Notes under the pieces: generated by a model
What the model saw: only the letters and a program-made list of their open reading frames with translations
Told to the model about the DNA's origin: nothing
Databases searched by the model: none
Shown: positions 56,355 to 64,000 of the stretch, piece after piece
Layout: every line of letters starts with the position of its first letter
How positions within the stretch are numbered: position 1 is the stretch's first letter
Made by a program: the position numbers and the translations under genes
Source: Steroidobacteraceae bacterium
Lineage (GTDB): Bacteria; Pseudomonadota; Gammaproteobacteria; Steroidobacterales; Steroidobacteraceae
DNA: 64,000 nucleotides
Direction of reading: 5' to 3'
Assembly: GCA_036742455.1 (NCBI GenBank)
Contig: DAINQU010000011.1
Location: forward strand, 14,081-78,080

Positions 56355-57716
56355 TTAGCCACTCAAGCCATACACCAGAATGACAATAATGCCGACGGGA
56401 CACAGGTAGCGCAGAGCAAAGACCAACAGCTTGCGCTGCAGGACAGAAAAGCCGAAGTACTCTGACTCGGGCACCTTCCCGCTCAACCGCCACCCTAAAA
56501 ACAGGCTGACCAATAGCGTCGACAAGGGCATCAATAGATTGGAACTGACAAAGTCCACCAGTCCGAAAAAATTCATACCCGCGAATCGTGGCACCGCCGA
56601 TAGCGGCCGCCAATCAGCAGCAGAGCCGAACGATAACACCGACCCCTGCCCCAGCAGCCAGCAGCTGCCGCACGCGACACCCACCGCGGTGGCCCGCCGC
56701 CAATGAAAACGCTCCATGAGCCAAGACACCCAAGGCTCCATGAGCGCCATTGTCGGCGTGAACGCCGCGAGCACGAGCAGGGTGAAGAACAGCGCTCCGA
56801 TCACTCGCCCACCCGGCATTTCAGCAAAGGCGACCGGCAGCACCTGGAAGACCAACTCAGGTCCTCCAGCAGGGTCAAGTCCGTAGTGAAACACGAGAGG
56901 AAAGATGACAATCGTCGCGAGCGCCGACACGATAAGTATCGAGACAATAACCGCGAGCACGGTTCTGCCGAGTCGCTCTCTCGCTGGCATATAGCCGCCG
57001 TAGACCATCATGACGCCGACACAGATGCCGAGCGCATAGAAGGCCTGACCTGCTGCATCCAGCAGTACGTGAGGAGTCAGCCGGCTCATGTCCGGGGAAA
57101 ATGCGAAGGCGAGGCCCTTGGCCACGTCGCCGTGCGTCAGAGAATACGCCGCAAGAACCACGAGGATGGTCAGTAAGGCGGGAGCGCGTACCCGATTGGC
57201 AAATTCGACCCCGCGGTTGACGCCACGCGCTGATACCCAGGCGACGAGCCCGAAGAACGCCAATTGCCAGAGCGATGCCCCGCGAGAATTACCGGTAATC
57301 GCGTGAAATCGAACGGCCGCCTCGACGGCGCCGCCCTTCGCATACTGTCCGGTGAGAAAGAGCCACGCGTAGGCGAGAACCCAACCGGCGATCATCGTGT
57401 AGTAGGAGGTCACCAAAAAACCAGCAATTGGCCCGGTCCAACCGACCACATTCCAAGCCCTGGAGAAGCCAAATCGGCTAGCGAGCGTACCGGCAGCGGT
57501 CTGGGGGCTCGTGCGCGCCCAACGACCAATCACCGCTTCAGCCACCAACATGGGCGCGCCGAATACCAGACAGGCGATGACGAAAACGACGATGAATGCG
57601 AATCCGCCACCCGCACCGGCAAGGTATGGAAACCGCCAGATGCTGCCGAGACCGACGGCCGCGCCGACGGCACCGAGCAGAAATCCGAGATTTGTCGACC
57701 AGCGTGGTGTGCTCAT
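56355..57716 (-). CDS. sodium-dependent transporter, neurotransmitter:sodium symporter (SNF/NSS) family
   Basis: Starts MSTPRWSTNLGFLLGAVGAAVGLGSIWRFPYLAGAGGG, the NSS signature. About 11-12 hydrophobic segments. Confidence 0.85.
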   Translation of the reverse strand: MSTPRWSTNLGFLLGAVGAAVGLGSIWRFPYLAGAGGGFAFIVVFVIACLVFGAPMLVAEAVIGRWARTSPQTAAGTLASRFGFSRAWNVVGWTGPIAGFLVTSYYTMIAGWVLAYAWLFLTGQYAKGGAVEAAVRFHAITGNSRGASLWQLAFFGLVAWVSARGVNRGVEFANRVRAPALLTILVVLAAYSLTHGDVAKGLAFAFSPDMSRLTPHVLLDAAGQAFYALGICVGVMMVYGGYMPARERLGRTVLAVIVSILIVSALATIVIFPLVFHYGLDPAGGPELVFQVLPVAFAEMPGGRVIGALFFTLLVLAAFTPTMALMEPWVSWLMERFHWRRATAVGVACGSCWLLGQGSVLSFGSAADWRPLSAVPRFAGMNFFGLVDFVSSNLLMPLSTLLVSLFLGWRLSGKVPESEYFGFSVLQRKLLVFALRYLCPVGIIVILVYGLSG

Positions 57717-57844
57717 AGTCTCGCAATCGACAATCCGGAAGCCCGTCAGCCGCGGATAAATCTGACGCGCTGCGTCAGCGCAGGGTTTATGTTTCGAACG
57801 GCGCAAGCGCGTGGGCCGGCGCGAGCCGGCCCACGAAAGAGCCC

Positions 57845-58660
57845 CTAGGGAAGAATAGCGATGACTCGCGCGGGGAAGCCGGTGCCACCGTCGGGCTTTG
57901 GCCAACTCACGAACACGAGTGCTCCCGCCTCCGGCACCTTATCCAGGTCCGCCAACATTTCGATTTGGTAGTGGTTAAGACCTAGGATGTAACTCTCCAA
58001 TGAGTAGTCATCCTTATCGGTCTGATAACCGGGATCCGTATCGGTGGTCTCGTGACCGGATGCCGTGATTTTCCGGTCTTCATAGAGCAATTTCAGAACG
58101 TCTTTGCTCCAACCAGGGTAATGCGCGTGGCCCTGCGCATCACGATTCTGCATTGCCGCATCGTCAGGCCACCGCTTGGACCAATCCGTGCGCATGGCGA
58201 CGAAGGCGTTTTTCGGGATGCGCCCGTGCTTTTTCTCCCACGCCTTGACGTCATCCAATGTCAGCGTGTAATCCGGATTCGCCGCAACCTTTGTGTGCAC
58301 GTCCAAGACGACCAACGGCATCAACATTTCCGTGATAGGTACTTGGTCCACGGTACGCAGACCATCATGAAAATGCGCGGGCGGGTCGATATGGGTGCCC
58401 CACTGGCCCACGTGAGTAAACTGTTGAACCTTGAAGCCATCTTTTGGAATGGTATACATCACATTGACGGTCTCTTCACCGAACCCTTTCCAATGCGGCG
58501 TTGATGGACCGAATGTGTGCGTGAGATCCACGAAGGTCTTGGACGATAACGTGGCATAGGCTGCCGCAAGATCCGACTGTTTCGCTGGCTCTGCCACCGA
58601 CATCGCGGTACCGGCAAGAGTCGTGATCAGGCCGATCGCAACATGTCTGAAGATGGTCAC
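57845..58660 (-). CDS. cyclase-family protein (arylformamidase/kynurenine formamidase-like), with signal peptide
   Basis: FVDLTHTF and GTHIDPPAHF match the cyclase family HxGTHxDxPxH motif. The N-terminus GLITTLAGTAMSVAEP is a predicted export signal. Confidence 0.75.
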   Translation of the reverse strand: MTIFRHVAIGLITTLAGTAMSVAEPAKQSDLAAAYATLSSKTFVDLTHTFGPSTPHWKGFGEETVNVMYTIPKDGFKVQQFTHVGQWGTHIDPPAHFHDGLRTVDQVPITEMLMPLVVLDVHTKVAANPDYTLTLDDVKAWEKKHGRIPKNAFVAMRTDWSKRWPDDAAMQNRDAQGHAHYPGWSKDVLKLLYEDRKITASGHETTDTDPGYQTDKDDYSLESYILGLNHYQIEMLADLDKVPEAGALVFVSWPKPDGGTGFPARVIAILP

Positions 58661-58736
58661 GTGTTCTATCTCCTGAATGGTGGGCTCTGTCTCGAGGGCC
58701 GGCCTCCCGAGGGGGCCGGCGCCACGGTTACTGATC

Positions 58737-61184
58737 TCAGAACTTATAGTGAACGTTAATCTTTACCCAACGCGGCATTCCCGGATAGCGCTGCGCAAGT
58801 CCGTTGATGCCCGTGTTGTCAAAGCCCATCGCGGCGTAATGCTTGTCAGCGACGTTCTCCACAGAAATACCGGTCTCAAAGTGCGTATTCGCCGGCATAT
58901 ACGTCAGGCGAATATTGGCGACGCCATAAGCGGATTGCTCGACCGACGGGGTATCGGAAAGGTTAAACCAGAAGCGCGACAGGTAATTGCCGTCCACCTG
59001 CATGGCGAGATGTCCGGTGCCCACCGGGAGCGTGTAACGGACCAGCGCATTGCCCGACAACTTCGGAGCATTGCCTGGCACGTAATCGCCGTAGACCAGG
59101 CCGCCCGTGGACGTGCAGCAGCGCCCCGCCACGTTGGTGACTAATGCGTCAACGTAAGAGACGCCGAGACCCATGCGCCAATAGTCATCAGGTGCCCATT
59201 GCAGATCAACTTCGCCACCCTTGTGTTTGGCGTTTGCATTAACGATCAATTGCTCAAGGCCGACCGTATAGATCAGCGCTTGGTAATCCTTGTAGTCGTA
59301 GTAGTACACCGCGCCGTTCAGGCGAACCGTGTGCTGTAGGAACTCGGTCTTGAAACCCAGTTCATACGAGGTCAAGACTTCCGGCCGAAACGACAGCGTC
59401 GAGATATCGTTGATGGTTCCAGGGAATAGCGGGGCGGTGAACCCACCGCCTTTCACGCCACGGTTGTAGCTCACGTACATCAGCGCATCCGGCGCGAGAT
59501 GGAAATCCAGCTGCGCTTTTCCGCTCCAGAGATTATCCGAACGGCTGTCGAAGTAGTCGTTCGTCAATGTCAGGCCGGCCGGACGCGTCAGCAGCGTAAT
59601 TTGTCCCGGAGTGCCCTCCGGGTAGTACAGATACGGCTGCCAGCTGTAGTGGTAGTCCTTGCGATCGCCGGTGAAGCGAGCACCGACCGTCAAACCCACG
59701 AGATCATTGATGCGGTATTCGACCTGACCGAAGGCCGCGTAAGAGCGCGTATTCAACTCATAGGGTGCTCGGGTCGCCGGCATGCCGCCATTAGGATCCG
59801 GCAAGGCGCCACCGATGACATAGCCCGGCATTCCGCTACCTGTCGGATAGGCGGTCGGACTGTACGGCCATGGGCCAGGCGTCGCATCGTAGCCACTGTA
59901 GCCCGCATTGGGATTCGACGGGGTGTTGTATTCCTCGGCACCGAAAAAGGCTGGCCCTTCCCAACCTTCGTAGTAACTGCCGTCAATACCGAGGCCGTAC
60001 AAGCCCGCGGTCCAGTTCATCACTTTGTCGCCACCATTCAGGCGCAACTCGAGTGATTTCTGGGTGACGTCACTGCCGTTGAAGAATTGGAAAATCGTAT
60101 ACGGCGATGCGTCCGAGTCTTCCTGATACGCCTTTGACAGCGTCGAGTAATCCGCGATCGCGGTGAAGTTCATACCCTCGAAATCGCGGGTGTACTTCGT
60201 CGTGATGCCGGTGGTCTTGATACGTGCGTATCCGGCCCGATTATTCGTCGTGGTGTATGGCGCTGAGCTTGGAATACCGCTGGCGTTGCACTGATTACAC
60301 GTGCCCCACGGGTTGTCGTTCGGACCGGCGAGTGTGTTGTACCCGTTCGATCCGGGCACCGTCGCGTATTGCTCCCAAGCGCCCGCATGCACATCCTCGC
60401 GACTCACCCGCGCGTTCAGTAACAACTGTCCGCCAGCAAAATGCTTGAACAGGAATTGCGTTCTTACACCCCAGTCGTTGCCATTCTCGGAATCCGGCGC
60501 GCCGCCACTCACGTTGTGAAAAATCGGGTCGTAGTGGTTGCTCTCAAACGAGAAGCGCGCGTCGACGTCATCGGAGACCGGGCCATTGACGGCGCCTTCG
60601 ACGCGCGTCAGGTTGCGCTGCCCGAACGTGACATCGACATACCCACCCTGCTCATCGGTTGGACGCCGCGTCACGAAATTCGCTAGACCACCCGTCGCAT
60701 TACGGCCGAACAACGTGCCTTGAGGGCCGCGCAGCACTTCGACACGATCCATGTCGAACATCGAGAAGGCGAGACCCGCCATCTGGCTCACATAGACATC
60801 ATCAACGTAGATGGCGGCGGGACTCTCTTGATGGTCGGCAAAGTCGTTTTGTGTCACGCCACGGATCGAGAGACTGAATGACGACGGTCCATTCGGCTGC
60901 GTCAGCACAACGGCGGGCATCGTCTTCGTAATATCCGCAGCGGTTACGGCGCCAAGCGCCGCGAGATCGTCCCCGGTTACAGCGGAAATGGCGATACCGA
61001 CTTCTTGCGAGTTCTGCGCTCGCTTTTGAGCCGTAACAACAATTTCTTCCAAGCCACCCGAGACCGCAGCCGGTGTTTCCGCGGCGTGGGCAGAGGCACT
61101 AAGCACCTGAGTGACGACAAGCGCGATCGCCGTCGCTAATGTGCGTGCCCGGAGACTATCGGCGGTTCGGATTGGTGTATTCAT
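58737..61184 (-). CDS. TonB-dependent receptor (unknown substrate)
   Basis: Signal peptide, then TonB box/plug (EEIVVTAQKR, VEVLRGPQGTLFGRNATGG). The C-terminal barrel ends VNVHYKF. Confidence 0.85.
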   Translation of the reverse strand: MNTPIRTADSLRARTLATAIALVVTQVLSASAHAAETPAAVSGGLEEIVVTAQKRAQNSQEVGIAISAVTGDDLAALGAVTAADITKTMPAVVLTQPNGPSSFSLSIRGVTQNDFADHQESPAAIYVDDVYVSQMAGLAFSMFDMDRVEVLRGPQGTLFGRNATGGLANFVTRRPTDEQGGYVDVTFGQRNLTRVEGAVNGPVSDDVDARFSFESNHYDPIFHNVSGGAPDSENGNDWGVRTQFLFKHFAGGQLLLNARVSREDVHAGAWEQYATVPGSNGYNTLAGPNDNPWGTCNQCNASGIPSSAPYTTTNNRAGYARIKTTGITTKYTRDFEGMNFTAIADYSTLSKAYQEDSDASPYTIFQFFNGSDVTQKSLELRLNGGDKVMNWTAGLYGLGIDGSYYEGWEGPAFFGAEEYNTPSNPNAGYSGYDATPGPWPYSPTAYPTGSGMPGYVIGGALPDPNGGMPATRAPYELNTRSYAAFGQVEYRINDLVGLTVGARFTGDRKDYHYSWQPYLYYPEGTPGQITLLTRPAGLTLTNDYFDSRSDNLWSGKAQLDFHLAPDALMYVSYNRGVKGGGFTAPLFPGTINDISTLSFRPEVLTSYELGFKTEFLQHTVRLNGAVYYYDYKDYQALIYTVGLEQLIVNANAKHKGGEVDLQWAPDDYWRMGLGVSYVDALVTNVAGRCCTSTGGLVYGDYVPGNAPKLSGNALVRYTLPVGTGHLAMQVDGNYLSRFWFNLSDTPSVEQSAYGVANIRLTYMPANTHFETGISVENVADKHYAAMGFDNTGINGLAQRYPGMPRWVKINVHYKF

Positions 61185-61222
61185 GTCTTACTTCTCAAAA
61201 AAATGGCAGGAAGGATCGGTTA

Positions 61223-61957
61223 TCAAATCGAATTAAGAGCACCACCATCGACGCAGATGGCTTGTCCCGTGATGTAGTTCGCCTGATCGGAGACGAGGAA
61301 CGCGGCGATGGCAGCGAAGTCTTTCGGATCGCCAATTCGGCCCGCAGGGATCGTTGCGGATATCTTGGCCTCGTCGATATTGAGCTCGACTAAACGCTCT
61401 GTGAGCTGGTATCCCGGCATCAACGCATTCACCGTAATTTGGTCGCTCGCCACTTCTTTGCTCAGCGCATTCACTAGACCGTGCAGTCCAGCCCGTAGAG
61501 AGTTGGAGAGCATCAAGTTCGGCACCGATTCTTTGGCTGCGATTGAGGTGATAACGATAATTCGACCATGGCGTTGCCTGCGCATCGACGGGAGTGCCGC
61601 GCGTATGGCGCCCACTGCGCTCATCCACAATCCCTCAAAAGCACCACGCCACATGCCGTCGGTAATCGATTCAAATCCGGCGCCAGGTGGCCCCCCAGTA
61701 TTCACGATCAAGATATCGAGGCCACCGAGACGCTGTTCAGCATCGGCGACAGCCGCTGCCGCCGCACCGTCCACAGACAAGTCACAGGGGATTGCCGTCG
61801 CACCGACGCCCGCTGCGACCACGGCGAGGCGCTCAGCGTCGCGGGCACAGATTGCAACGTGAGCCCCCTCGGCCGCGAGCGCTTCGGCGATGGATTTTCC
61901 TAGACCACGAGACGCACCCATGACGAGCGCACGCCGCCCACTTAATCCTAAATTCAT
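61223..61957 (-). CDS. SDR family oxidoreductase
   Basis: ALVMGASRGLGKSIA; IVNTGG and ITSIA; C-terminal ITGQAICVDGG. Confidence 0.85.
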   Translation of the reverse strand: MNLGLSGRRALVMGASRGLGKSIAEALAAEGAHVAICARDAERLAVVAAGVGATAIPCDLSVDGAAAAAVADAEQRLGGLDILIVNTGGPPGAGFESITDGMWRGAFEGLWMSAVGAIRAALPSMRRQRHGRIIVITSIAAKESVPNLMLSNSLRAGLHGLVNALSKEVASDQITVNALMPGYQLTERLVELNIDEAKISATIPAGRIGDPKDFAAIAAFLVSDQANYITGQAICVDGGALNSI

Positions 61958-61969
61958 GGCGTACTCCGC

Positions 61970-62350
61970 TTATCCACGCAGATAGGCGTCGGTCCCCGTC
62001 AGCCAGTCTCGCCGCGGCGGATTAAAGATATCGCAGTCCAGTGTGTCTTCCAGCGCCAATGCCCGATGGGGAACGTTGGAGGGAATAACGATGACTTCAC
62101 CCGCCCTGACGGTGATCTCACGTTCATCGTTTTCGCCGAACCAAAAGTGCAGCGCGCCAGAGATAATGTAGGTCAGTTGCTCGTTTTCGTGATGGTGACG
62201 CGGGACGTCATCACCTTTCTTAAGATGAACGTGCGCGATCATCATGCGCTCGCCGGTCACGATCTTGCGGGTGATGGTGCCCTTCATCGGTTCGGCGGGA
62301 ATGCTGTCCCAACGATGGTGGGTAACGGATTCAGGTCCTGCAACGCTCAT
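61970..62350 (-). CDS. cupin domain protein
   Basis: Cupin motifs GDDVPRHHHENEQLTYIISG and GEVIVIPSNVPH. Confidence 0.75.
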   Translation of the reverse strand: MSVAGPESVTHHRWDSIPAEPMKGTITRKIVTGERMMIAHVHLKKGDDVPRHHHENEQLTYIISGALHFWFGENDEREITVRAGEVIVIPSNVPHRALALEDTLDCDIFNPPRRDWLTGTDAYLRG

Positions 62351-62391
62351 GAGAGAGTTCCTGTCGTTAAATTGAGTGGTTGTGCGATGAC

Positions 62392-62793
62392 TCAGAGAAA
62401 GCGGTCGTCGATATCAACGCCGAGCGCCGTCACCAGGCGATTGGTTTCATTGGCTAGTCCGACGATCGCGAGCAGTTCCGAGTACTGCTGCTCGTTCATA
62501 CCTTTATTGCGCGCTGCGGCGCCATGCGATGCGATGCAATAGTGGCAACCGTTGGTCGCACTGACCGCGACATACAACAGCTCTTTGGTCAGTGGATCGA
62601 GGGACCCGGGCCCCATGACTTGTTTGATGTTGGACCAAATACGCCGCAAGGTGGCCGGATCGTGGGCGAGGACTTTCCAGAAATTGTTTATCCAGTCGGT
62701 CTGCCGCGTGGCCATGATGTCGTCGTACACAGCCCTGACTTCGTCCGACGCGTCAGCGTATTCGATCGGTTGCCGTTTCGCGGGCATACCCAC
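62392..62793 (-). CDS. carboxymuconolactone decarboxylase (AhpD-like) family protein
   Basis: CMD-domain CxxC-type motif NGCHYCIASH with flanking LDPLTKELLYVAVSA. Confidence 0.8.
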   Translation of the reverse strand: MGMPAKRQPIEYADASDEVRAVYDDIMATRQTDWINNFWKVLAHDPATLRRIWSNIKQVMGPGSLDPLTKELLYVAVSATNGCHYCIASHGAAARNKGMNEQQYSELLAIVGLANETNRLVTALGVDIDDRFL

Positions 62794-62977
62794 TCCTTAT
62801 TGTCATTCCCCATCCGTCGGTCCGGGGTTTCGCGCCGCCGACCGATGAACCCGGCGCTGGCCGGAGTCGGGCGCCCAACTCACCATCAGGCGCATTCACA
62901 AATGTGTTACGCCTGACGGTGACATGTCAAAATAATGGCGTCAACATTTATTTGAGTCTGCTATAAGATTGAACTGT

Positions 62978-63742
62978 ATGGACGCCTCGCTATGGAAGCT
63001 CTCAATGGCACTCGACGCGACCGCCAATTCCTTGTCTGACCGCACCGCCAATTTGGGCGAACAGGCTTACCAGCGCATCCGCGCTGACATACTTTTTTTC
63101 CAACTTCCGCCGGGCTCCCGCATATCGGAGTCGTCACTTGTGCGGCGGTACGACCTACGGCAAGCGGCCGTCCGGTCAGCGCTTGTGCGCCTGATGCAAG
63201 AAGGATTGGTGGACAAGGGGGATGAGCGCAGCACTCGGGTGGTGCCACTGACGCTCAGGGATGTGCGGGAGGTCTACTCGCTTAGAGTACTGCTTGAACC
63301 TAAATCAGCCGCTCTCGCCGCCACGGCAGGCATGACGGATGCTGAGATCGCACGCCTCCGCGGCATTTCGCAGTGCCGATACGAGTTGGGCAGTCACTCG
63401 GCACTCGTGGCGTTTCTCAATGCCAACCGGGAATTCAATCTCTTGGTTGCAGCGGCCTCCGGCAACGCGCGATTGGCCCAGACCATCACGCAATTTCAGG
63501 ACCTGACCCTCCGAATTCTCTACGTCGGGATCCGCAGCATGAACGTCTCCGAGTGGTTCCAGACGACCCACAACCAGATTGTGGACGCAATCGCGGCACG
63601 CGATGCGGCCCGGGCGTCGGAACTGTGGCGCGTCGATTTGGATTACGCCGAGCGCCTGATCTCAGACGCACTCATGAACTTGCCGGAGTTGTCCGACGTC
63701 AACTTGGCCGGGCACTCATTGACCCGACGCACCGAAGGTTGA
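62978..63742 (+). CDS. GntR-family transcriptional regulator (FadR/FCD subfamily)
   Basis: Winged HTH (YQRIRADILFFQLPPGSRISESSLVRRYDLRQAAVRSALVRLMQEGLV) plus an all-helical FCD-like C-terminal domain. Divergent from the CMD-cupin-SDR-TBDR operon. Confidence 0.85.
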   Translation: MDASLWKLSMALDATANSLSDRTANLGEQAYQRIRADILFFQLPPGSRISESSLVRRYDLRQAAVRSALVRLMQEGLVDKGDERSTRVVPLTLRDVREVYSLRVLLEPKSAALAATAGMTDAEIARLRGISQCRYELGSHSALVAFLNANREFNLLVAAASGNARLAQTITQFQDLTLRILYVGIRSMNVSEWFQTTHNQIVDAIAARDAARASELWRVDLDYAERLISDALMNLPELSDVNLAGHSLTRRTEG

Positions 63743-64000
63743 TCAGCGACCGGGGGCCGGCGGCCCCTCGTCGCCCAAGTTCGCCCATTCGGCCTCAGTC
63801 GCACGGCGGTAGCGACTGTGTACCGTTAGCGTCTTGATTCCGGTGACCTTTACTTCGACGATTCGCTCAAGCGCGCCATCGCGGGACGATCGAATCGAAT
63901 CAATAACGTGAAGATTTTTTCCGTCATCAATGGAGACCACGAAGGCATCCGCCATCCAACCACCACGTAACGCGCGGGCGCCGAAACGATCCGTCAGGTT
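63743..64000 (-). CDS. hypothetical protein, C-terminal fragment (5' end outside the window)
   Basis: The reading frame stays open from nt 64000 down to the stop at 63743-63745. The annotated ATG at 63955 is internal. No recognisable motif. The stop abuts the GntR stop codon. Confidence 0.4.
   Translation of the reverse strand, partial: NLTDRFGARALRGGWMADAFVVSIDDGKNLHVIDSIRSSRDGALERIVEVKVTGIKTLTVHSRYRRATEAEWANLGDEGPPAPGR

Noticed and set aside
1-64000. Search for mobile elements, CRISPR arrays, tRNA/rRNA genes, prophage or defence islands
   Set aside because: No direct-repeat/spacer arrays were seen, and no transposase, integrase or recombinase-like translations. No tRNA-like cloverleaf candidates appear in the few spacers longer than 150 nt. 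Synteny is that of conserved core chromosome throughout.

Overview
This is a GC-rich, gene-dense chromosomal segment. Its synteny (pilG-gshB-tonB-yqgE-ruvX-pyrB and tsaD-rpsU-yqeY-dnaG-rpoD) is typical of Gammaproteobacteria such as the Pseudomonas, Xanthomonas and Nevskia lineages. Almost all of it is core housekeeping. I see no rRNA or tRNA genes, CRISPR arrays, transposases, integrases, phage genes or recognisable defence islands.

Main blocks:
1. A vitamin B12 module: a partial btuD-like ABC ATPase, a cobalamin riboswitch, btuB and a PduO-type adenosyltransferase.
2. Cell-wall genes: ampD, PBP1B with an adjacent LpoP-like TPR lipoprotein, and an mltD-lipoprotein-L,D-transpeptidase operon.
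3. A Pil-Chp twitching-motility chemosensory cluster (pilG, pilH, pilI, pilJ, chpA, chpC-like). A separate locus carries pilT and two tandem pilU paralogs.
4. pyrB coupled to a PyrK-like flavoprotein.
5. yggS-proC-yggT-yggU.
6. Heat-shock genes (htpG, hsp20, degP-like), two of them with sigma32-type promoters.
7. A split class II (B12-dependent) ribonucleotide reductase, nrdJa/nrdJb, with NrdR-box-like sites upstream.
8. Folate and tRNA genes (cca, folK, folB, tsaD) and the rpsU-dnaG-rpoD operon.
9. An NSS transporter-ilvE-azlCD string.
10. A GntR-divergent operon containing a TonB-dependent receptor.

I found no clear-cut novel system. The most unusual observations are:
- a PilJ-type MCP with essentially no periplasmic sensor domain, in a cluster that also lacks pilK (CheR) and chpB (CheB);
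- pyrB translationally coupled to a PyrK-like Fe-S flavoprotein where pyrC' would be expected;
- an uncharacterised cytoplasmic gene tightly coupled to ampD;
- a possible Shine-Dalgarno (SD)-masking RNA thermometer on hsp20;
- a regulator-linked uptake/catabolic operon for an unknown substrate.

All functional calls rest on motif recognition in the supplied translations. No database searches were run.
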